Of a stretch of 64,000 nt of DNA, positions 57,741 to 64,000 are shown one piece after another. A model generated the notes under the pieces. The model saw nothing but the letters and a program-made list of their open reading frames with translations. It ran no database searches and was not told the DNA's origin. Source of the DNA: an uncultured Terrimonas sp. (GTDB taxonomy: Bacteria > Bacteroidota > Bacteroidia > Chitinophagales > Chitinophagaceae); assembly GCA_964599035.1 (NCBI GenBank), contig CAZREP010000002.1, forward strand, positions 4,299 through 68,298, read 5' to 3'. A program made the position numbers and the translations under genes. Each line of letters starts with the position of its first letter. Positions within the stretch are counted from its first letter, which is position 1.

Positions 57741-58664
57741 TTATTTAATTGGTATTTCAAGGATCAGCTCATTACGGTTAGGTATTGAAGATTGTGCGCC
57801 CATCCTTGTTACAGATATAGCTGCAGCTCTGCATGCAAATTCAACGGCCGGCAGCATTTCTCTTCCCTCCGCAATCGCCACGCTCAATGCGCCGTTAAAA
57901 ACATCACCCGCCGCAGTAGTGTCAATGGCCTTGCAATCAACAGCAGGAACAATATGAAACTCATTGTCGTGCAAAAGCACTGCACCCTTGCTGCCCAAAG
58001 TGATCACTATTGTTTTTACACCTTTCCTGTGAAGCACTCCTGCTGCCTCTCTTGCACTTTCGAAATCGGTTACTTTTACGCCGGTGAACTGTTCCGCTTC
58101 ATAGCAGTTTGGCGTTAGTATATCAATCAACGGAAAAAGAGATGGTATAAACGTATTTACCGGTGCAGGGTTCAGGATCACTTTAATTCCTTTGGATGAA
58201 GCGTACTCTACGGCAAAATGTACTGCTGCCATGGGTATTTCCAATTGTAATAAAAACAATACAGGGTCTTTCACTTTCTTTAAAGCAGACTCAACATCCC
58301 CCGGCGTTAAATTTGCGTTGGCACCGGAAGCAACTACGATAGCATTTTCTCCGAAATCATCTACCGTTATTAATGCAACGCCCGAAGGTGTAGTAGTGTC
58401 AGATAGTATGCCTGACGTATCAATACCCTCATTATTGAAAAGTTGCACAGATTGCTTTCCAAAAATGTCACTCCCGACTTTTGAAATAAAAGCAGTGTTA
58501 CCCCCAAGCCTTGCAGTTGCAACGGCCTGGTTAGCCCCCTTACCACCCGGATTCATTAAAAAGCTCCCACCCAGAATAGTTTCTCCCGATACCGGTATAT
58601 GGCTTGCCTTTACCACCATGTCCATATTAGTACTTCCTATTACCACAATCATTTTTTTATTCAT
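57741..58664 (-). CDS. rbsK: Ribokinase (PfkB family)
   Basis: GSTNMD, PGGKGANQAVA, GENAIVV, QLEIP, NPAP and DTTAAGDVFNG. Start set at MNKKM. Confidence 0.9.
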   Translation of the reverse strand: MNKKMIVVIGSTNMDMVVKASHIPVSGETILGGSFLMNPGGKGANQAVATARLGGNTAFISKVGSDIFGKQSVQLFNNEGIDTSGILSDTTTPSGVALITVDDFGENAIVVASGANANLTPGDVESALKKVKDPVLFLLQLEIPMAAVHFAVEYASSKGIKVILNPAPVNTFIPSLFPLIDILTPNCYEAEQFTGVKVTDFESAREAAGVLHRKGVKTIVITLGSKGAVLLHDNEFHIVPAVDCKAIDTTAAGDVFNGALSVAIAEGREMLPAVEFACRAAAISVTRMGAQSSIPNRNELILEIPIK

Positions 58665-58838
58665 GCTGTCTAAGCTTTGTGTCATAAAATTATTTGCTGT
58701 ATATGTAGAATTATTACCAAGTTGTTGTATTTTTCGTAATTCTGAAATTATTAAGTATTCTCTATAATAGATATACATTATTGATTATTAATATTTTATA
58801 TTAAAAATTAAAAAACATATTTTGTAATTCTAAATAAA

Positions 58839-60323
58839 ATGATCATAAATGATTTAACACAGCTCGTAAAAACAATGTCGGGAGCGGAGAAACGTATTTT
58901 TAAGCTCTATAGTAATAAACAGAGTGGAGGCCAGGTATACTTGGAATTATTTGATATAATAGATAACAGCAACGGGGATATACTTCAAAATTTTAGAATG
59001 CGATTCCCGGATAAAAACTTTGAAAATGCATGCCGTTATTTGCTTAAACTTATTGCAGACTCGCTGGTGAATACCCGAAAAGAAAAAGATAAATGGTTTC
59101 AACAATACCAATGCCTGATGCGGTCAAGGGTCCTTATAGAAAGGTCCATCAATCATCAGGCATATAAGGAATTAAAGTATGCAAATCATCTTGCACAGAG
59201 CATACAGGATAACCTTATGTACTACCTCACATGTTTCCTGGAAATGAGATATTGGTCTGACACCGGGTTTACTGAGAAGTCGGAAGACGAAATTGTTCAG
59301 ATGCATATCAATGCAAAAGCAGCATTAAGGCTGGCTCAAAAAATACTCGAACAGTCTTCTCTGTTTGATATATTGAAATACCGCGGGATTCACTCGGGCA
59401 AATCATTTTCAAAAAAAGACGATGAAAAATTAAATGATCTGCTGATTAGCGAACTCAGCCTCATCACCCGTGAGTTTCATGATAATTTTGAATCGAACAA
59501 ATTGCACTTGTTGTTTCAATCTTTCTTTTTTATAAACAGTGGGGATCATAAAGCTTCCCTCAAATGCTTTTATGATTTGAACGAGCTTTTTGAAAAGAAT
59601 GAATCGGTATGGAATTTTCCACCCTATGATTACCAGGCCGCACTGGAAGGAATCCTGGATAACCTCCGGACCATTCAGCATTATGATGAAATGGAGTATT
59701 ATATTGAAAAGCTTGAAAGACTGGCAGAAAAAGGTTATCCTGAAAACTTTACTACAACATCTTATCAAGCAATATTTATTTACAGGCTGACGGCATTTAT
59801 TCATCAACGGAAATTTGTCGAAGCCAAAGAGCTAACGAAAAGTATTCCGTCCTATTTATTGAAAGATGCAACGATTTTCGATTTCGAGAAATTGGCTGAA
59901 CTACATTTTAATATTAGCCTTATTTACCTGCACGAAAAAAAATATACCAAAGCCCTGCGCCAGTTAAGCTTGGTGAACCAGCTTGGTAAAGTGAACTTTA
60001 ATCTTTCTGTATACAAAGCCTCAAGGCTCATACAAATAATAATACATTATGAATTAAATGACCTGGAATACCTGGAATACGAGATCAGGTCGTACAAACG
60101 AATATTTAAAAAGATCAGCAAGGTATCCTCGATTGACCACCTCGTGCTCTCTGTTATCAAATTTGATCCACATACAAAATCAAAGCCGGCAAAACTGAAT
60201 TATCTGAAAAAGATATCCAATACAATAAAAATGATAATAGAAAGCCGGTACGAAAAGCAAATTCTGAAGTATTATGACTATACCGAGTGGATAATATCCA
60301 TGCTGGAATCCGGAATAAAATGA
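58839..60323 (+). CDS. Uncharacterised all-helical ~494-aa protein, putative PUL regulator
   Basis: N-terminal LVKTMSGAEKRIFK..YLELFD, TPR-like helices, IIHYELND and EIRSYKR; divergent from rbsK-susCD. Confidence 0.65.
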   Translation: MIINDLTQLVKTMSGAEKRIFKLYSNKQSGGQVYLELFDIIDNSNGDILQNFRMRFPDKNFENACRYLLKLIADSLVNTRKEKDKWFQQYQCLMRSRVLIERSINHQAYKELKYANHLAQSIQDNLMYYLTCFLEMRYWSDTGFTEKSEDEIVQMHINAKAALRLAQKILEQSSLFDILKYRGIHSGKSFSKKDDEKLNDLLISELSLITREFHDNFESNKLHLLFQSFFFINSGDHKASLKCFYDLNELFEKNESVWNFPPYDYQAALEGILDNLRTIQHYDEMEYYIEKLERLAEKGYPENFTTTSYQAIFIYRLTAFIHQRKFVEAKELTKSIPSYLLKDATIFDFEKLAELHFNISLIYLHEKKYTKALRQLSLVNQLGKVNFNLSVYKASRLIQIIIHYELNDLEYLEYEIRSYKRIFKKISKVSSIDHLVLSVIKFDPHTKSKPAKLNYLKKISNTIKMIIESRYEKQILKYYDYTEWIISMLESGIK

Positions 60324-60408
60324 TTCTGGTTCTTAACTCAATGATTTTATTAAAGGTTGGCAACTTCGCGAAAAATGAAATGTGCTCTATAAAAGTGTGG
60401 AAATGTAA

Positions 60409-60449
60409 ATGAACCGTCACGAGGTATACGTTCCTCGGTGGCGGTTCAT
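60409..60449. terminator. Long hairpin between convergent genes
   Basis: ATGAACCGTCACGAGG-TATACGTT-CCTCGGTGGCGGTTCAT; no clear U tract. Confidence 0.5.
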
Positions 60450-60469
60450 CATACGATATCCCCTCTGAC

Positions 60470-60856
60470 TTATGCTTCAAATACAGGAGTGAAGGATCCG
60501 GTTAGATCCCTTGGACCTTCACCGATCGGTTCTTCATTGGTGGTTATCTGGAACCATTGCACCTTATTGGCCGTATCGGCATACCAGTAAAAATGTACCG
60601 GTTTTTCACTTTGCAAGATATGATACATGTCTGCAAAGTCCGAAATCGGGGCATAGGCAACCACAAATTTGGTGGTGGTGGGTGTTACATAGCCGATATC
60701 TGTATCATTGGTGATCGTTTCCCCCACAAAAAAATAAATCACGATGTTTTGCACGGTAGATGTGGGTGTTTTAGGTACCAGTGAAATCCACCTTCTTTGA
60801 TAATTAGAAGCATTACGTTGCCTGTGAGAGCCTACATAATACGATTTGATTTCCAT
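60470..60856 (-). CDS. Hypothetical protein
   Basis: 128-aa ORF with an AT-rich leader and C-terminal ILQSEKPV...EEPIGEG. Confidence 0.7.
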   Translation of the reverse strand: MEIKSYYVGSHRQRNASNYQRRWISLVPKTPTSTVQNIVIYFFVGETITNDTDIGYVTPTTTKFVVAYAPISDFADMYHILQSEKPVHFYWYADTANKVQWFQITTNEEPIGEGPRDLTGSFTPVFEA

Positions 60857-61024
60857 ATACTGTTTTATTAAAAGGTTACAAAAACGCTGTCACATAAGAG
60901 ATCAGATAAGGCGTTTGTTTGTTACCTTTTGAAGAAAGCATGTGCGCCCATTTTTTATAAAATCAAAATATTGAAGGCTGGTATGGGGCCAATAGTTTTT
61001 TAGCTATATTTGGGAGCATCCCTT

Positions 61025-61408
61025 ATGCGCCCGGCCTACGCACCATACCTGAATTTCCTGGAAACGGCGAAATATGCTTATCCGCCCATGGAGGATATGA
61101 GCATGACAGGGGATATACTAAGCAGGTTTGACTGTCAGAGCAGCCTTTTTCATGACGCTCATAACCCGATGCTGTTCCTCCTTGATTTTTCCCAAAGAAG
61201 GTACCTGAGCATGAGCCCGTTGATACAACCCGTATTGGGTTACTCTTCGCAATATGTGATAGACGGCGTGATAGACCTGATATTAGAGAAATATCATCCC
61301 AATGACGGAAGAATATATTTCGATGATATTTTCTTTAAAAATATTGAATTCCTGCGCCGGCAACCGTTGGAAACGCATCCCGGATTTTGCTTCAGCAGTA
61401 AAAAATAA
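61025..61408 (+). pseudogene. Truncated PAS-like N terminus of a PAS-LuxR-type regulator
   Basis: FLLDFSQRRYLSMSP..VLGYS..HPND PAS-like pattern; TATATTTG promoter at 61005-61012; stops before any HTH. Confidence 0.55.
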
Positions 61409-61505
61409 CGCTCACGCAGATTTTGGATTCTTTGCGGTTTGCAATCTTCCGGGCAATTCACTTTCATGGTTTCTCACCTACTGAAAGTTGAAAACCATGG
61501 TTACG

Positions 61506-62750
61506 CTAAGGCTCCCAGATCGTCGCTCTGAGGTGATGCGGGTTTTCTTTTGTTGAATAATAATACATAGCTACCATTTTGCCGTCGCTGCGGCAAACCA
61601 CACGGGGATAGCCAAGGTCGTTCAGCTGCATATCTTCCGACCAAAAGCCATCCATAAGTATCTGCGGTTCGCTCCATGTTTTTCCCTTATCGGCACTGTA
61701 TACCACGCGAATGGTGCCATCATTCCGCTCACCATACACTACGCATAAGCGGCCGTCTTTAGTAAGGGCGAAGGACGGAGGGTTCCCGTTCTCGTTTCCG
61801 GTATCGGCAACTTTTGATAAGAAGCTCCATGTTTTACCGCCATCGGTGGAAGTATAAGCGTCAATCCAGTGCTTATCCGTACCCTCTCCGTTTACAATAA
61901 ATTTTCTCCGGATCATTGATATGATCGTGCCATCGTCTAACTTTTGAGACTGGGACATTACGGCACGACATTCATTGGCATAAGGATTTTTATCCGCATC
62001 TTCAAATAAGTCAACCTTTACCTGGCTCCCTGCTGTGGCAGTACCGGTGGGGCCTACCACCCATCCCAAAAAATGATAAGTTTTTCCGCCGTCAGTGGTT
62101 TCGATGCAGAAGAGCCGGTCGGTAGCAAATTTGTTTTTCTTTCTTGCAGAAAAAAACAGCAAACAACTGCTGCTGTCATTTACAATGTAATCTGTTCTTG
62201 GCGTAAGCTCATCAAAGCCGGCTGCTGTTATTTCGGGCCAGCTCAGTACATCCCCGAAACCATAAGGTCCGTTCCAGGTTTTTCCGGCATCGTAGCTGTA
62301 GAAGAAATGCCCTCTCCCGTCTGTTGCTCCATGATAGCCCTCGCCAACTACCCGCATGGCAAAGCCGGATTGTTTGTAATTAATGGGAGTGTCTATCGTT
62401 TTTACATCGGGTCGTTCGCCAAAATCTCCGGCATAGTTGTCGGGATCGGCGGTAGTCCATGTTTTTCCGCCATCGGTACTGCGCGCCAGCCAGTTTAAGA
62501 AAGGTTTTCCCGCATTATGGCTGTTTGTTATTTTATAATTCGCTTCAATAAAACCGGTAACAATTTCATCGTTGTCAAAAATAAACGCGGCACAGTTAGC
62601 CGGCCAGCCGGCAAATTTTCCAGGCTGGTAATAAATGATGGTATGCTGCGGATCTTTCACATGCTTTAATGCTTTGCCGGAAGAATGATCGCATGAAGAG
62701 ACAAGGAATGTCAGTGCTGCAAGGGCTGTAAAGGAGGAAACAAGCTGCAT
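61506..62750 (-). CDS. BNR/Asp-box beta-propeller lipoprotein (sialidase-like superfamily)
   Basis: LVSSC lipobox; five Asp boxes (STDGGKTW twice, SYDAGKTW, TTDGGKTY, SADKGKTW); DLGYP. Confidence 0.82.
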   Translation of the reverse strand: MQLVSSFTALAALTFLVSSCDHSSGKALKHVKDPQHTIIYYQPGKFAGWPANCAAFIFDNDEIVTGFIEANYKITNSHNAGKPFLNWLARSTDGGKTWTTADPDNYAGDFGERPDVKTIDTPINYKQSGFAMRVVGEGYHGATDGRGHFFYSYDAGKTWNGPYGFGDVLSWPEITAAGFDELTPRTDYIVNDSSSCLLFFSARKKNKFATDRLFCIETTDGGKTYHFLGWVVGPTGTATAGSQVKVDLFEDADKNPYANECRAVMSQSQKLDDGTIISMIRRKFIVNGEGTDKHWIDAYTSTDGGKTWSFLSKVADTGNENGNPPSFALTKDGRLCVVYGERNDGTIRVVYSADKGKTWSEPQILMDGFWSEDMQLNDLGYPRVVCRSDGKMVAMYYYSTKENPHHLRATIWEP

Positions 62751-63275
62751 AAAATTTACATTGTATTTTTTGTTCTTTAAAACGAGGTTATTGACCCGGT
62801 GGTACAAATATGCTTAAATCCGGGGAAATATCCAGAGGCTATTAAAGGTTCCGCCATAACTATTGTTATACAACCATGAAAGACTTGCAGGTATCAAAAC
62901 GTATTTAGCCGGTGTATGTGCTACCTACGGGTAGGCAACAATATCAGCCCTATAAAGCAGGTCGTATGCAATAACACGGCTGAAAACTTTGAGGTCGTCG
63001 TTCCGACGGGGTCTTCATGGCCTGGGGTTCGTGGGGAAGACAGGGCCCCGGAGAATGGTGGGTGCCAGGGACAGCCAGGGCTTACCGATCCCTATGCGCA
63101 AGGGTTTCAATGCTGTTCACAAAGCCTTCAATAAAAACCCCGGTGCGAACAGGCGTACAAATCCGGGCTTATTGTGATTGGGTAGTATAAAGATGTGTAC
63201 TTTTTGTAACTGTAACTAACTTTAAAAGATTGTCTTATTTTTGATCGCATTATTGCATATCAACTGATTGCTTTC

Positions 63276-63887
63276 ATGAGTCCCAAAATTACTAACTGGC
63301 AAGAAGTTCATATCACGAATGAAAATGATTTACTGGCCGCAACGGCCCGCGGCGATGAATTTGCTTTCCGCCAGATCTTTGACGGATACAGGCAGGTAGT
63401 CTACATCTATGCGATGCACCTTCTAAAAGATCCTGATCTGGCCGATGATACCGTACAAAATGTTTTCATGAAAATCTGGGACAACCGGCAAAAGCTTACA
63501 GAGATCAGGTCTTTCAAAAGCTGGTTATTTATTGTTGTAAAGCACCGGATACTGGATGCTTTAAAAGTACGGCTGAGAGAAGAAGCAGCACTTAACGGAT
63601 TACCATCCGCCGGGCAAACCGCCGAAACTGAAGAAACTATATTGTACCGTGAATATGACAGGCTGATCAATGAGGCTTTTAATCACCTTACGCCTCAACA
63701 ACGACTTATTTACCAGCTTAATAAGCGTGAAGGGCTTAATGCTGACGAGATCGCCATGAAGTTGAAAATATCTCCCCATACGGTAAAAACTCACCTGGTG
63801 CATGCCGTGCGCAGCATAAGGAAGTTTATACAGCCTCATCTCGGCAGTTTCCTGTTGTTGGTGATCTCCCTTTTATTGTGGGTTTAA
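63276..63887 (+). CDS. ECF RNA polymerase sigma-70 factor (Bacteroidota PUL type)
   Basis: GDEFAFRQIF, ADDTVQNVFMKIW, LTPQQR, EIAMKLKISPHTVKTHL and a hydrophobic tail. Confidence 0.93.
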   Translation: MSPKITNWQEVHITNENDLLAATARGDEFAFRQIFDGYRQVVYIYAMHLLKDPDLADDTVQNVFMKIWDNRQKLTEIRSFKSWLFIVVKHRILDALKVRLREEAALNGLPSAGQTAETEETILYREYDRLINEAFNHLTPQQRLIYQLNKREGLNADEIAMKLKISPHTVKTHLVHAVRSIRKFIQPHLGSFLLLVISLLLWV

Positions 63888-64000
63888 TTTTTTTTTAGCA
63901 CATCTACTTCTTACCCCGGCTTTTGCAGTCTTTATAGTAGATCCGGGCTAAACACGGATTGCAGGCCAACATGCTTTATGAAAAATTAAAATATCTTATC

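Noticed and set aside
58665..58838. ATTATT repeats as an operator for the putative regulator
   Set aside because: The spacer is too AT-rich for these short matches to be meaningful by eye.

Overview
Bacteroidota chromosomal segment; gene content and TAnnTTTG promoters suggest Chitinophagaceae (inference). The left part is core metabolism: a PLP deaminase/desulfhydrase, sdhCAB with a four-helix-bundle gene inserted between sdhA and sdhB, thrABC with a Thr-rich leader peptide, ppc, and amtB plus a porin. Next come a stand-alone secreted peptidase-S74 domain, a two-component pair and a large MG2/plug protein. PUL 1 (22.9-36.9 kb) contains AraC, DUF5107-TPR, SusC/SusD, GH97, a mutarotase and a sugar porter, with a shared 21-bp-spaced operator visible at two promoters. 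After a block of housekeeping genes, PUL 2 (45.0-60.3 kb) contains an atypical ~494-aa putative regulator, ribokinase, SusC/SusD, an esterase, a beta-helix protein, a NanT-like MFS transporter, a Tat beta-propeller hydrolase, a DHDPS-family aldolase and DUF3748. This looks like an undescribed keto-deoxy-sugar-acid (possibly Kdo-type) catabolic system. The window ends with a truncated PAS gene, an Asp-box lipoprotein and an ECF sigma factor. The main non-coding signal is a family of 7-8-nt periodic tracts that abut stop codons and form inverted arms. One pair brackets the four-helix-bundle gene, others are empty, and one pair brackets three genes. No rRNA, tRNA, CRISPR, transposase or prophage was seen. 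Product calls come from motif recognition, not database searches.
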